From Methanothrix sp. (lineage in GTDB: Archaea > Halobacteriota > Methanosarcinia > Methanotrichales > Methanotrichaceae), in assembly GCF_016706325.1 (NCBI RefSeq), contig NZ_JADJJX010000001.1, positions 1,072,899 to 1,136,898 of the forward strand: a stretch of 64,000 nt of DNA, written 5' to 3'. Both the position numbers and the translations under genes were made by a program. The notes beneath the pieces were generated by a model. The model worked only from the letters and a program-made list of their open reading frames with translations. It did not search any database and was not told where the DNA came from. Shown here piece after piece: positions 19,938 to 30,245 of the stretch (the stretch's first letter is position 1; every line of letters begins with the position of its first letter).

Positions 19938-20591
19938 ATGATTGGCAGGACAACTCAAGTGGTCGATTGTCGGGAGAGCATGGGCCTGGCCAAAGGGGGC
20001 GGACTGGCCCAGCGGGGAACACTATCCGAGGCGGCAAAGCCGGATGTCATCGCCATAGCCATGTCTCCGGGGCGGCGGCATATCACCAAGCCCGTCTGCG
20101 AGATGACATACGGCCTGCGCCGGGAGGGCATCCAGACCAGCGTCCTGGTCCTGGATTCCGGGACCGGGGTTCCGGACAGCTTTCCCCAGGCATCGCGAGG
20201 CTATGGACCGACCTTTGGGCTAACGGAGAAGGAGGTAGAGCAAATAGCGCGCCATAAGATCGCTGTCTTCCATATGGGCAATGTCCGATCCCATGTCGTC
20301 TTCAAGACGAAGGAGATACTCGCCCTGGTGGACATCCCGGCAGTGGTGGTGGCCCAGTGCCCCATGGACCTGGAGGACTTCGCCAAGGAGGGGGTGAAGA
20401 CCAGGCTGGTCAGGCCTTCCCGGCAGAAGACTGAGACATTGGGCGAGGTGGTGGACCTTGTCACCGGCATCACCAGGGGCGCCACCTGCAATCGGGTCAA
20501 GCTCAACCAGCTGGCCAAGGTTCTAAACAAGCATCTCGCTGAGATCAGCGATCGCGAGGCCAGAGAGGCGGCCAAAGAGAAGAAGCGATGA
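19938..20591 (+). CDS. mcrC: methyl-coenzyme M reductase operon protein C (McrC-like)
   Basis: MIGRTTQVVDCRESMGLAKGGGLAQRGT...VIAIAMSPGRRHITKPVCEMTYGLRREGIQTSVLVL matches my memory of the McrC N-terminus. The track ORF begins at 19839, but the homology starts at the ATG at 19938. Confidence 0.7.
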   Translation: MIGRTTQVVDCRESMGLAKGGGLAQRGTLSEAAKPDVIAIAMSPGRRHITKPVCEMTYGLRREGIQTSVLVLDSGTGVPDSFPQASRGYGPTFGLTEKEVEQIARHKIAVFHMGNVRSHVVFKTKEILALVDIPAVVVAQCPMDLEDFAKEGVKTRLVRPSRQKTETLGEVVDLVTGITRGATCNRVKLNQLAKVLNKHLAEISDREAREAAKEKKR

Positions 20592-20616
20592 ATGGATTTG
20601 CCATTTTCTAGATAGG

Positions 20617-21801
20617 ATGGACCGAATGAAGCTGATGGTGATACTAGGGGACGGCATGGCCGATCTCCCTATAGAGGAGCTGCAGGGGAAAAGCCCCCTG
20701 CAGGCAGCAGAGAAGCCCAATATGGACCGGCTGGCAAGGCTGGGAAGGAGCGGGCTGGCCCTGACCGTCCCGGATGGATTTCCTCCGGGAAGCGATGTGG
20801 CCAACCTCTCAGTCGCCGGCTATGATCCCCGCCTCTTCTACACCGGCCGGGCCCCTCTGGAGGCGGCCTCCATGGGCGTGCACCTGGATCCGGGGGATAT
20901 AGCCTTTCGCTGCAACCTGGTCACCATAGAGGACGGCATCATGATGGACTACAGCGCCGGGCATATCAGCACTGCAGAGGCAGGGGAGCTGATCGAGGCG
21001 CTGAAGCCACTGATGCCGGAAGAGAGGCTTTATGCCGGCGTCAGCTACCGCCATCTTCTGATACTGCAGGAGGGGGCAGAGGCGGTCTGCACGCCCCCCC
21101 ATGATATCAGCGACCAGCCGGTGGCAGATCATCTGCCCCGGGGGGAGGGGGCCGAGATGCTCCTGGGGCTGATGGAGGCGGCAAAGCCCGTGCTGGCCCG
21201 CCAGGAGGTGAACCGGAGGAGGATAGCAGAGAATAAAAGACCGGCGAATGCCATCTGGCTGTGGGGCCAGGGGCCAGCGCCATCTATGCCCTCCTTCATG
21301 GATATGCACGCCCTGAGCGGGGCCATGATCTCGGCTGTGGATCTCCTCCGGGGCATAGCTGTCTATGCGGGAATGGAGGTGATAGATGTTCCTGGAGCCA
21401 CGGGAACGATTGAGACCAACTACTCGGGCAAGGTTGAGGGGGCCATCGATGCCCTCTCCCGCCATGACCTCGTCTATCTGCATATCGAGGCCCCTGATGA
21501 GGCCGGCCATGCGGGCGACCTGGAGGGAAAGATCAGGGCGATAGAGCTTCTAGACCAGAGGGTGGTGGGCCCGGCGGTCGAGGAGCTGGATAAGAGCGGA
21601 TGGGACTGGCGCATTCTCCTCCTGCCCGATCATGCCACCCCCATAACCCTCAAGACCCACAGCAGAGAGCCGGTTCCTTTTGTCATCGCCGGGAAGGGGA
21701 TCGAGCCGGACGGCGTGGAGGGATTTGATGAGCAGTGGGCGAAGAAGGGTGGATACGGCAGGGTGGATGCCACCAGTCTGATCGGCATTCTGGCCGGATG
21801 A
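20617..21801 (+). CDS. apgM: cofactor-independent phosphoglycerate mutase, archaeal type
   Basis: LGDGMAD N-terminus and HIEAPDEAGHAGD metal-site motif. 394 aa. Confidence 0.85.
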   Translation: MDRMKLMVILGDGMADLPIEELQGKSPLQAAEKPNMDRLARLGRSGLALTVPDGFPPGSDVANLSVAGYDPRLFYTGRAPLEAASMGVHLDPGDIAFRCNLVTIEDGIMMDYSAGHISTAEAGELIEALKPLMPEERLYAGVSYRHLLILQEGAEAVCTPPHDISDQPVADHLPRGEGAEMLLGLMEAAKPVLARQEVNRRRIAENKRPANAIWLWGQGPAPSMPSFMDMHALSGAMISAVDLLRGIAVYAGMEVIDVPGATGTIETNYSGKVEGAIDALSRHDLVYLHIEAPDEAGHAGDLEGKIRAIELLDQRVVGPAVEELDKSGWDWRILLLPDHATPITLKTHSREPVPFVIAGKGIEPDGVEGFDEQWAKKGGYGRVDATSLIGILAG

Positions 21802-22760
21802 TGGCAGAGATGGATCCGCAGGATCGCTTTCGAGGCTGCCTTTTGGGGGGAGCGGCAGGGGATGCTCTGGGCATGCCAGCAGAGGGATATACCGCCCTTG
21901 AGATTCAATCCCTCTTCGGCCGGATTGATGATATGCTGCCCGCCCCGGAGGGGCACTTTCATGCTGGCTTCAGGGCGGGCCAGTTCACCGACGATACTGA
22001 GGAGACTCTTATGCTGGCCGAATCCCTGATCGAGCACTCCGGCTTCTCGGCAGACGAGTTCTCCCGGAAGCTCATCAGATGGGGATCGGCCTGGGATTCA
22101 GATGAGCGGCTCAGCAGCGGGGTGGGATTTGCTACCCGCTCTGCTGTGGAGAGGATGATCGCCGGCATCCCCTGGCAGGAGTCCGGCATGGATATACCGA
22201 CATGTGGGTCGGCCATTCGCTCGGCCCCCATCGGCCTTCTCTATCATGCCGACCTGGGACTGGTCAGGGGCTATGCCGATCTGCAGAGCCTGCCCACCCA
22301 CTCCGCTCTCCCCTCCCGCGCCGGGGCGGTTGCAGTTGCAGTGGGGGTGGCCCTGGGCCTGATGAACCTCCCCCGGGATATGATCCTGGAGGAGGCCGCC
22401 AGTCGGGCAGGCAGGCTGGACCCGGATCTTGGCCAACGGCTCCTCTGGATCAGAGATCTCCTCGCCCTCCCTCCAAGGGAGGCCTTAAACCGGATTGGAG
22501 GCAGCCCTCTAGCCAGGGAGACTGTGGTGAGCGCCTTCTACTGCTTCATGAGATTTGAGCCGGAGGAGGGGCTGATCGCCGCCGCCAACGGGGGCGGGGA
22601 CACCGACTCCATCGCCTCCATCGCCGGCAATCTCTTCGGTGCCTCTTATGGGGCGGGCTGGATGCCGGAACGCTGGCTGGCCAGGCTCGATCAGAGGGAG
22701 GAGATTGAGAGGATTGCCAGGGATCTATTCCATCTCTCCTGCTCATTTGGCCTCCATTAG
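21798..22760 (+). CDS. ADP-ribosylglycohydrolase family protein
   Basis: DRFRGCLLGGAAGDALGMPAEG N-terminal motif and C-terminal GGDTDSIASIAG. The likely start is the ATG at 21798, overlapping the apgM stop. Confidence 0.8.
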   Translation: MMAEMDPQDRFRGCLLGGAAGDALGMPAEGYTALEIQSLFGRIDDMLPAPEGHFHAGFRAGQFTDDTEETLMLAESLIEHSGFSADEFSRKLIRWGSAWDSDERLSSGVGFATRSAVERMIAGIPWQESGMDIPTCGSAIRSAPIGLLYHADLGLVRGYADLQSLPTHSALPSRAGAVAVAVGVALGLMNLPRDMILEEAASRAGRLDPDLGQRLLWIRDLLALPPREALNRIGGSPLARETVVSAFYCFMRFEPEEGLIAAANGGGDTDSIASIAGNLFGASYGAGWMPERWLARLDQREEIERIARDLFHLSCSFGLH

Positions 22761-22798
22761 CCGCGGCGAATTTATATCAGTAGAGCTTTTGCTGCCCT

Positions 22799-23824
22799 AT
22801 GATAGATGTAGGAATTATCGGTGGATCGGGCTACACTGGGGGGGAGCTCTTACGCCTCCTGGCAAACCATCCCGAGGTCGATGTAAGACTGGTCACCTCC
22901 CGCAAGCTCTCGGGAAAGCCTGTGAGCCTGGTCCATCCTCATCTGAAGGGCATTTACTCTCTGAATTTCGAGGCGCTCAGTGCGAAGGAGGCGGCTGAGC
23001 GCTGCGATTTTGTCTTCACTGGCGTTCCTCATGGAACGGCCATGGACTGGGTGCCCGATCTGCTGGATGCTGGAGCCAGGGTGATCGATCTCTCCTCAGA
23101 TTACCGCCTGCCGGTGGAGGTCTTTGAGAGGACATATGATATGAAGCACCGCGCCCCGAGAGACTCGGTCTTCGGCCTGCCGGAGCTTCATCCCGAGGTG
23201 GCAGGGACGAGGCTGGTTGGCAACCCCGGCTGCTATCCCACTGGAGCCATCCTGGCGGTGGCACCTCTCGCCCATGCCGGGCTGGTGGAGAGGGTGGTCT
23301 TTGACTCCAAATCGGGAATATCCGGCGCTGGAATCGAGCCCAGTGCGACCAGCCACTATCCCAATATGTCCCAGAATGTCATTCCCTACAAGATCACCTC
23401 TCACAGGCATGTCCCAGAGATAAAGCAGGAACTGGGGCTCCTCTCACCCGGGATCGAGGTGAACTTCACCCCTCATGTGATCCCTGCCGTGCGGGGCATC
23501 CTGACCACTGCTCATGTCTTCGCCAAGGAGGGAGCAGCAGAGAGCCTGCAGGATAAAGAGGCTGTGGCCCGGATCTACAGCTCTTTTTATAAGGAGGCTC
23601 CCTTCATCCGCCTGGCTGATGGAGCTCCTCGCCTGGGCGCCGTCCGGGGCTCGAACTTCTGCGATATAAGCTTCGAGGCGGAGAGGGAGAGCGACAGAAT
23701 TGTGGTGGTATCGGCCATAGACAACCTGGTGAAGGGCGCTTCCGGCCAGGCCATTCAGAACATGAACCTCATGGCGGGTCTGGACCAGAGGACAGGCCTG
23801 TGGTTTCCGGGAATGCTGCCTTAA
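22799..23824 (+). CDS. argC: N-acetyl-gamma-glutamyl-phosphate reductase
   Basis: GGSGYTGGELLRLL N-terminus and the active-site motif GNPGCYPTG. Confidence 0.9.
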   Translation: MIDVGIIGGSGYTGGELLRLLANHPEVDVRLVTSRKLSGKPVSLVHPHLKGIYSLNFEALSAKEAAERCDFVFTGVPHGTAMDWVPDLLDAGARVIDLSSDYRLPVEVFERTYDMKHRAPRDSVFGLPELHPEVAGTRLVGNPGCYPTGAILAVAPLAHAGLVERVVFDSKSGISGAGIEPSATSHYPNMSQNVIPYKITSHRHVPEIKQELGLLSPGIEVNFTPHVIPAVRGILTTAHVFAKEGAAESLQDKEAVARIYSSFYKEAPFIRLADGAPRLGAVRGSNFCDISFEAERESDRIVVVSAIDNLVKGASGQAIQNMNLMAGLDQRTGLWFPGMLP

Positions 23825-23867
23825 GAGAGGAGAATGAAGAGGCAGGCGGGGATGCAGAAGAGGGTGG

Positions 23868-24356
23868 ATGAAGATGAAAGTCAGAGATGTGATGAATGTC
23901 ATGCCGGTCACTGTGCAAGCATCGGCAAGGGTGAGCGAGGCGGCCAGGCTTCTCCGGGAGAATAAGATCAGCGGTATGCCGGTCTTGGATGGAGAGAGGC
24001 TGGTTGGAATTGTATCCGAGTCGGACCTGCTTCGCCTCTTATCGGTAGAGGGCGATTCGGAGGGGAGCCTGTGGCTGCCCAGCCCCTTCGAGATATTCGA
24101 GGTTCCATTCCGGGATCTGGTGAAATGGGAGAGGATGCAATCAAGCCTGAGGGAGATACCAGAGAAGGTGGTGGCAGATATTATGAGCCGGAATCTGCAT
24201 GAGATCAGGCCGGAGGACTCCATAGAGGAGGCGGCCAGCGTCATGACCCGCCACAGGATCAACCGCCTTCCAGTGGTCGAGGATGGCCGGCTGGTGGGGA
24301 TAGTAACCCGGGGCGATATCATAACCGGTCTGGGGATGGCCCATGCAGAGGGTTGA
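23868..24356 (+). CDS. CBS-domain pair protein
   Basis: Two CBS repeats (VMNVMPVTV...ISGMPVLD and IMSRNLHEI...INRLPVVE). It overlaps the argJ start. Confidence 0.8.
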   Translation: MKMKVRDVMNVMPVTVQASARVSEAARLLRENKISGMPVLDGERLVGIVSESDLLRLLSVEGDSEGSLWLPSPFEIFEVPFRDLVKWERMQSSLREIPEKVVADIMSRNLHEIRPEDSIEEAASVMTRHRINRLPVVEDGRLVGIVTRGDIITGLGMAHAEG

Positions 24357-25512
24357 GGGCGGGATCTGTGCCATCGAGGGCGTCCGGGCCTGCGGAGTGC
24401 GAGAAGGCAGGTACGGCCTGGCTCTGATTGCTGCCTCCGGGGCGGCAGCGGGGATGTTCACCACCAACCGGGTAAGGGCAGCGCCGCTGGCGGTCACCGC
24501 CGAGCACCTGACGCTGACTGGAGGGCACCTGGACGGGATCATCGCCAATAGCGGCTGTGCAAATGCCTATACTGGAGGGCAAGGGGCAAAGGATGCCAGG
24601 GATATGGCCTCTCTGCTGGCGGGATTCCTCAAAACAGATGAGAAGAGGATCGCTGTGGCCTCGACCGGGGTTATAGGCCGGTACATGGATATGGATCTCA
24701 TCAGCCGGCTCTTCCAGGAGGCAAAAGGGCGCCTGCGGTCGGAGGCTGAGGCCAGCCTGGAGGCGGAGAGGGCGATCATGACCACCGACAGCAGGGAGAA
24801 GGAGGTGGCCGTGGAGCACCGGGGCCTGCGGGTGGCAGGGATAGTCAAGGGAGCAGGGATGATTGCGCCCCACATGGCCACTATGCTCTGTTTTCTTTTC
24901 ACCGATGCTGACCTCTCCCCGGAGGTCCTGAAGGTCTGCCTGGCCGATGCCGTCCAAGATAGCTTCAATATGCTCACTGTGGACGGTGACACCAGCACCA
25001 ATGATACTGTCATTCTCACAGCCACCGGACGGAGGCAGGCCAGGGTAGAGGACTTTCAGGAGGCTCTGAGGTATGTCTGCACTGACCTGGCCCGGCAGAT
25101 GGCCCGAGACGGGGAGGGGGCGAGCAGATTCTTCGAGACCCGCGTCACCGGAGCCAGGAGCATAGAAGATGCCCGGCTGGCGGCCAAGGCCGTGGCGAGC
25201 AGCAGCCTGGTCAAGACAGCAGTCTACGGGGCCGACCCCAACTGGGGGAGGATCATCTGTGCCCTGGGCTACTCGGGAGCGGAGATGGACCCGGAGCTGG
25301 TCACACTGGGCCTGGAGGGCTCGGGGCAGAGGGTCGAGCTCGTCCAGAGGGGCCGGATCGCAGAGGGGGGGCTGGAGAAGGCGCGGGAGATCATGTCCGG
25401 GGAGGAGATCGTAATCAATATCGATCTGGGCTTGGGCACAGCCAGCGCGCGTAGCTTCGGCTGTGACCTGACCCATGAGTATGTGAATGTGAACGCCAGC
25501 TACACCACCTGA
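24343..25512 (+). CDS. argJ: bifunctional ornithine acetyltransferase / N-acetylglutamate synthase
   Basis: Autoprocessing site context GAGMIAPHMATMLCFLFTDA, and a C-terminus ...NASYTT. Confidence 0.9.
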   Translation: MQRVEGGICAIEGVRACGVREGRYGLALIAASGAAAGMFTTNRVRAAPLAVTAEHLTLTGGHLDGIIANSGCANAYTGGQGAKDARDMASLLAGFLKTDEKRIAVASTGVIGRYMDMDLISRLFQEAKGRLRSEAEASLEAERAIMTTDSREKEVAVEHRGLRVAGIVKGAGMIAPHMATMLCFLFTDADLSPEVLKVCLADAVQDSFNMLTVDGDTSTNDTVILTATGRRQARVEDFQEALRYVCTDLARQMARDGEGASRFFETRVTGARSIEDARLAAKAVASSSLVKTAVYGADPNWGRIICALGYSGAEMDPELVTLGLEGSGQRVELVQRGRIAEGGLEKAREIMSGEEIVINIDLGLGTASARSFGCDLTHEYVNVNASYTT

Positions 25513-25513
25513 T

Positions 25514-26974
25514 ATGTTTCGAGAGCAGCGCCTGGGAGAGATCAGCGAGGAGATTCTGGATTACCTGTCCAGCCGGAGGGCTGACCAAAGGATCCTCCAT
25601 GCCGATCTGCTGACGGACCGGGCCCATCTGTTGATGCTGAAGGAGAGGGGGCTGGTTGCAGAGGAGCTCTCAAATAAGATCCTCTCCGCCCTAGACGAGA
25701 TCGAGACGGGACTGCCTCTGGGCGAGGGGGAGGACATCCATGAGGCGATTGAGGCGGCAGTCATCGCCCGCGTGGGCCCGGAGGGGGGAAGGATGCATAC
25801 CGGCCGGTCCCGCAATGATGAGGTGGCGACATGCATCCGCCTGGCCCTGAGGGAGGAGCTGCTCGGGCTGATGGCAGAGGAGCTATCATTCATCAGAACC
25901 CTCCTCCGCCTGGCAGGGGAGCATAAGGAGAGCATCATCCCCGGCTTCACCCACACCCAGCATGCCCAGCCCACCACCCTGGCCCACCATCTCCTCGCCC
26001 ATGCCGATGCCGCCTTTCGGGATCTGGCCCGGCTGAAGGATGCTTATAAAAGGGTCAATCAGAGCCCCCTGGGGGCAGCGGCCTTTGCCTCCACCGGCTT
26101 TCAGATCGACCGGGCTCGGACCTGCGAGCTCTTGGGCTTCGAGGGGCTGGTGGAGAACAGCATGGATGCCGTCTCCAGCCGGGACTTCATCCTGGAGGTT
26201 CTGGCCGCCCTCTCCATTGCTATGGTCAACCTGAGCCGTCTGGCAGAGGAGCTGATCCTCTGGTCCAGCTCCGAGTTCGGATATCTGGAGCTGGACAACC
26301 TCTATGCCTCCACCAGCTCCATCATGCCCCAGAAGAAGAATCCAGATACGGCAGAGCTGGCCCGGGCCAGGTCCGGATCGGTGATAGGATCGCTCATGGC
26401 AGCCCTGTCCATCTGCAAGGCCCTGCCCATGAGCTACAACCGGGATCTTCAGGAGGTGACACCCCATCTATGGCGCAGCCTGGACTGGACGCGGAGCACA
26501 GTGAAGATCCTGGCCGGCTGCCTCTCCACACTGCACTTTCATCTGGAACGATTGGAGGAGAGCTCAGCCCTGGGGTTCTCCACTGCCACTGAACTGGCAG
26601 ATTCCCTGGTGAGGATCACTGGAATGCCCTTTCGCACAGCACACAGCATTGTGGGCCGGGCAGCCGCCTCTGGTGGCCGGCCGGAATTGAGCCAGATGGA
26701 TTCCATATCCCTGGAGATCGCGGGCTTTGCGGTGAGCGAGGCGGGCTTCTCCGAGGAGGATCTGAGAAGGGCACTGGACCCGAGGGGCAATGTAGCCCTG
26801 CGAGCGAACACCGGGGGCCCGGCGCCTGAAGAGGTGGGGCGGATGATTGCAGAGAGATGGGCGAGTATTGCAGCAGAAGAATCTCTGCTGGAGGAGAGAA
26901 GGAAGCGGGTGGATGGGGCGGCTGAGGCCCTGCTGTCCCAGGGGCGACCCGGGGTGAAGGAGCATGAGGGCTGA
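25514..26974 (+). CDS. argH: argininosuccinate lyase
   Basis: Fumarate-lyase signature TSSIMPQKKNPD. 486 aa. Confidence 0.9.
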   Translation: MFREQRLGEISEEILDYLSSRRADQRILHADLLTDRAHLLMLKERGLVAEELSNKILSALDEIETGLPLGEGEDIHEAIEAAVIARVGPEGGRMHTGRSRNDEVATCIRLALREELLGLMAEELSFIRTLLRLAGEHKESIIPGFTHTQHAQPTTLAHHLLAHADAAFRDLARLKDAYKRVNQSPLGAAAFASTGFQIDRARTCELLGFEGLVENSMDAVSSRDFILEVLAALSIAMVNLSRLAEELILWSSSEFGYLELDNLYASTSSIMPQKKNPDTAELARARSGSVIGSLMAALSICKALPMSYNRDLQEVTPHLWRSLDWTRSTVKILAGCLSTLHFHLERLEESSALGFSTATELADSLVRITGMPFRTAHSIVGRAAASGGRPELSQMDSISLEIAGFAVSEAGFSEEDLRRALDPRGNVALRANTGGPAPEEVGRMIAERWASIAAEESLLEERRKRVDGAAEALLSQGRPGVKEHEG

Positions 26975-26998
26975 TCGACGATCTGGGGGATATGAGCT

Positions 26999-27898
26999 AT
27001 GAGCACACTGGTTACAGGCGGCGCGGGCTTCATCGGCTCGAATCTGGTGGAGGCCCTCTTGGCTGCTGGGGAGGAGGTTGTGGTCCTGGATAATATGCAT
27101 ACCGGCAGCCGGAGCAATCTGGCCGGCCTTGAAGGCCGGCTGGAGATCGTCCAAAGGAGCTGCAACGATCTGCCCCAACTCGATCTTCACCCCCAGAGGA
27201 TCTACCACCTGGGGATACCCTCATCCTCTCCCATGTATAAGAGAGATCCATATCTGGTGGGCGAGGCCATCAATGGCTTTGCCTCGGTCTTCGAGCTGGC
27301 CAGAAGGGAAGGGTCGCGGGTGGTCTATGCCTCCTCCTCCTCCCTTTACAACGGCCTTGTGCCCCCTCACAACGAGGATATGGCCATCCAGGTGACAGAT
27401 TACTACACTGAGGCCCGGCTGGCCATGGAGAGGCTGGCCCAGCTCTATCAGAGGCTTTATGGCATAAGCTCGGTGGGCCTGAGGTTCTTCTCAGTCTACG
27501 GCCCCCGGGAGGGAGCAAAAAAGCAGTATGCAAACATGGTCACCCAGTTTCTCTGGGAGATGAAGGCAGGCAATAGGCCACTGGTATACGGTGATGGTAC
27601 ACAGAGCAGGGACTTCACCTATGTCCTGGATGTGGTGCGGGCAATGCGCCTGGCCATGGATTCAGATTATCATGGCATACTGAATGTGGGCACAGGAGAG
27701 GCCTGGAGCTTCAATGAGGTGATCGAGCTATTGAACCTGATGACCGGCCGCTCTCTGGAGGCGCAGTACGCCGAAAATCCCATAAAAAATTATGTGATGC
27801 ACACCTGCGCCGATACCGCCAAAGCAGAGAGGATGATCGGCTTCAAGTCGGAGTTCGGATTAAAAGAGGGGATCAGAGAGCTTATCCGTCTGTACTGA
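26999..27898 (+). CDS. NAD-dependent sugar epimerase/dehydratase (extended SDR)
   Basis: TGGAGFIGSNLV Rossmann motif. 299 aa. Confidence 0.8.
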   Translation: MSTLVTGGAGFIGSNLVEALLAAGEEVVVLDNMHTGSRSNLAGLEGRLEIVQRSCNDLPQLDLHPQRIYHLGIPSSSPMYKRDPYLVGEAINGFASVFELARREGSRVVYASSSSLYNGLVPPHNEDMAIQVTDYYTEARLAMERLAQLYQRLYGISSVGLRFFSVYGPREGAKKQYANMVTQFLWEMKAGNRPLVYGDGTQSRDFTYVLDVVRAMRLAMDSDYHGILNVGTGEAWSFNEVIELLNLMTGRSLEAQYAENPIKNYVMHTCADTAKAERMIGFKSEFGLKEGIRELIRLY

Positions 27899-28066
27899 GA
27901 GGTGTACTGAGAAGGCCAAAAGAGCGTTGGCGATATGCTATCCGCTCGCCGATCCGGGCCTCTCTCCTCCTCCAGCCTGGATGAAGATCGCCCGGTATCA
28001 TCTCCTCCAAAAGCGCGCAGGGGAGAATCGGCCTATCATATGAGAGGGACGCATAAGGCAGGGGAT

Positions 28067-29167
28067 ATGAGAATTCTGCAGACCCCGGTGAGGCTCTTTG
28101 CCACCGGCGGGGTGGAGAGCTATGTTCGCAATCTCTCCCGGGAGCTCGTCCGGATGGGGCATGATGTGGGGGTGATATGCTCAGACCAGCCGGGGGAGAA
28201 CGAGGTCGATGGACGGATACGCACCAGGACCCTGAGAAGCTGGGGGCATATAGCCAATACCAGCATCACCCCTGAGCTGCCCGCAGCTATCTGGAGGGAG
28301 GATTATGATATCCTTCACACTCACCTTCCCACCCCCTGGAGCGCTGACTGGAGCGGCCTGATCTCGCAGCTCAAGAGGAGGCCCACTGTCCTGACATATC
28401 ACAATGACATAGTGGGCGAGGGATGGGCGGGTAAGATCGCCGGGATCTATAATAGAACTGCTCTGGAGCTGCTATTGAGGTCTGCGAAGAGGATCATCGT
28501 TACCCGGGAGCGTTATGTATCGCCATATCTCCGGGATTATGGTGAAAAGATCTCTTTCATACCTTTGGGCATAGACCTTGCGGCCTTCCGCCCCCAGGAG
28601 GTTGATATCAAAGGAGATATCTTCTTTTTGAGCGTCCTGGATGAGTTTCACCGGTATAAGGGCCTGGAGGTCCTCTTCGCTGCCTTGAAGATCTTGAGGC
28701 ATAGATTGCCCGCTGTGCGGCTGATCATTGGCGGCAGGGGGAGCCTGCTAGAGTATTACCGGCAGATGGCCCAATCCCTGGGCATCGGGGATAATGTGAT
28801 CTTCTCCGGCTTCATCCCCTCAGAGAGGCTTATAGAGTATTATAACGGCTGCAGGCTCTTTGTCCTCCCGTCCACCGATCCTGAGAGGGAGGGTTTTGGG
28901 ATCGTTCCCCTGGAGGCGATGGCCTGCAGCAGGCCGGTGGTGGTCACAGAGATCATGGGCATGGCCGGGGATATAAAGGATTACGGAGCAGGAATGGTTG
29001 TGAGATGCAATGATGCCCAGGGGCTGGCATCCTCCCTGCTTGCCATCCTGGAGGATGAGGATCTGGCGGAGAGGATGGGCAGAGAGGGCAGAAGGCTCGC
29101 CCAGGAGAGGTATAGCTGGCGTAGAGCGGCAGAGCAGATCGAAAGGGTCTACCGAGAATCGCTCTAG
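28067..29167 (+). CDS. glycosyltransferase family 4 (group 1)
   Basis: C-terminal EGFGIVPLEAMACSRPVV motif. The homology-consistent start MRILQTP is at 28067, preceded by a purine-rich RBS. The track ORF starts at 27935. Confidence 0.8.
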   Translation: MRILQTPVRLFATGGVESYVRNLSRELVRMGHDVGVICSDQPGENEVDGRIRTRTLRSWGHIANTSITPELPAAIWREDYDILHTHLPTPWSADWSGLISQLKRRPTVLTYHNDIVGEGWAGKIAGIYNRTALELLLRSAKRIIVTRERYVSPYLRDYGEKISFIPLGIDLAAFRPQEVDIKGDIFFLSVLDEFHRYKGLEVLFAALKILRHRLPAVRLIIGGRGSLLEYYRQMAQSLGIGDNVIFSGFIPSERLIEYYNGCRLFVLPSTDPEREGFGIVPLEAMACSRPVVVTEIMGMAGDIKDYGAGMVVRCNDAQGLASSLLAILEDEDLAERMGREGRRLAQERYSWRRAAEQIERVYRESL

Positions 29168-29189
29168 TGGACGCAGGACTGTGCTTGGG

Positions 29190-30134
29190 ATGGATTTGAT
29201 AAGTGTAGTAGTGTTGAATTATAATGGGAGAGATCTTCTGGATGGCTGCCTCTCCTCCCTCGCCTCCCAGACCTATTCCCCTTTTGAGGTGGTGCTGGTC
29301 GACAACGGATCGAGCGATGGCAGTCCAGAGTATATCCAGGAGCAATATCCCTGGGTCAGGCTGGTGAGAAACAGAGATAACCTGGGGTTTGCCGGAGGGA
29401 CCAATGCCGGTATCAGGGCGGCTGAGGGGAGCTATATCCTCACCTTGAACAATGACACCATAGCAGATCGCAGGCTCATAGAGGAGTTGAAAGGGCCCAT
29501 GGCCGACCCACAGGTTGGCGTCTGCGCCGCCAAGATGCTGTTCCCCGATGGGCGGATCAATTCTGCCGGGATATGCATCTCTCGCAGCGGAGCAGCCTGG
29601 GACCGGGGGATGTTCGAGCCTGATCGGGGGCAGTACGACTCCATGGAGGAGGTATTTGGAGCCTGTGCAGGTGCGGCCCTCTACCGGAAAAGGATGCTGG
29701 ATGAGATCGGCCTCTTCGATGAGGACTTCTTTCTCTATCTGGAAGATGTGGACCTGGCATTGCGAGCCCGTCTGGCTGGCTGGAAGTGCTTATATGTGCC
29801 CCGGGCTGAGGTCGTTCACCATCACGGAAAGACCGCCGGAGTGGGCTCGGACCTGGCGGTCTACTATGGCAACCGGAATATAGTCTGGTATCCGATCAAG
29901 GATTTTCCTGTCAGTCTCTATATCACCTCTCTGCCGTTTATCTTGGCCAGAAACCTGGCCACAATACCCTATTATGCTCTGCGCGGCCAGGGAAGGGTCA
30001 TCCTTAAATCGAAGCTCGATGCTCTGAGGGGCATCACAAAGATGATGAGAAAGCGAGAGCATGTCCTGCGCCGGGCGGAGTATTCCGATATCAGACGGTT
30101 TGTAAAAACCTGGGGCGAAATGAAGAGGCAATAG
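29190..30134 (+). CDS. glycosyltransferase family 2
   Basis: ISVVVLNYNGRDLL...VLVDNGSSDGS...LNNDT pattern. The likely start is the ATG at 29190; the track ORF starts at 29010, inside the previous gene. Confidence 0.8.
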   Translation: MDLISVVVLNYNGRDLLDGCLSSLASQTYSPFEVVLVDNGSSDGSPEYIQEQYPWVRLVRNRDNLGFAGGTNAGIRAAEGSYILTLNNDTIADRRLIEELKGPMADPQVGVCAAKMLFPDGRINSAGICISRSGAAWDRGMFEPDRGQYDSMEEVFGACAGAALYRKRMLDEIGLFDEDFFLYLEDVDLALRARLAGWKCLYVPRAEVVHHHGKTAGVGSDLAVYYGNRNIVWYPIKDFPVSLYITSLPFILARNLATIPYYALRGQGRVILKSKLDALRGITKMMRKREHVLRRAEYSDIRRFVKTWGEMKRQ

Positions 30135-30245
30135 GATAAGAGAGACCCAGATGGATGAGGGCGGAGATAGACGGGGATTGGGCAATGAGGGCTGGAATGG
30201 ATAAGAGCTGAGGCGGACGGGGATTGGGATGGATGAAGATGGGGG

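Noticed and set aside
24319-25476. 385-aa minus-strand ORF (and similar long antisense ORFs at 23444..24322, 44453..45184, 45577..46257, 26539..27208)
   Set aside because: All lie opposite well-supported genes (argJ, CBS/argC, cbiG, cbiH, argH/epimerase). They have Arg/Pro/Gly/Ser-rich low-complexity translations typical of GC-rich antisense frames.
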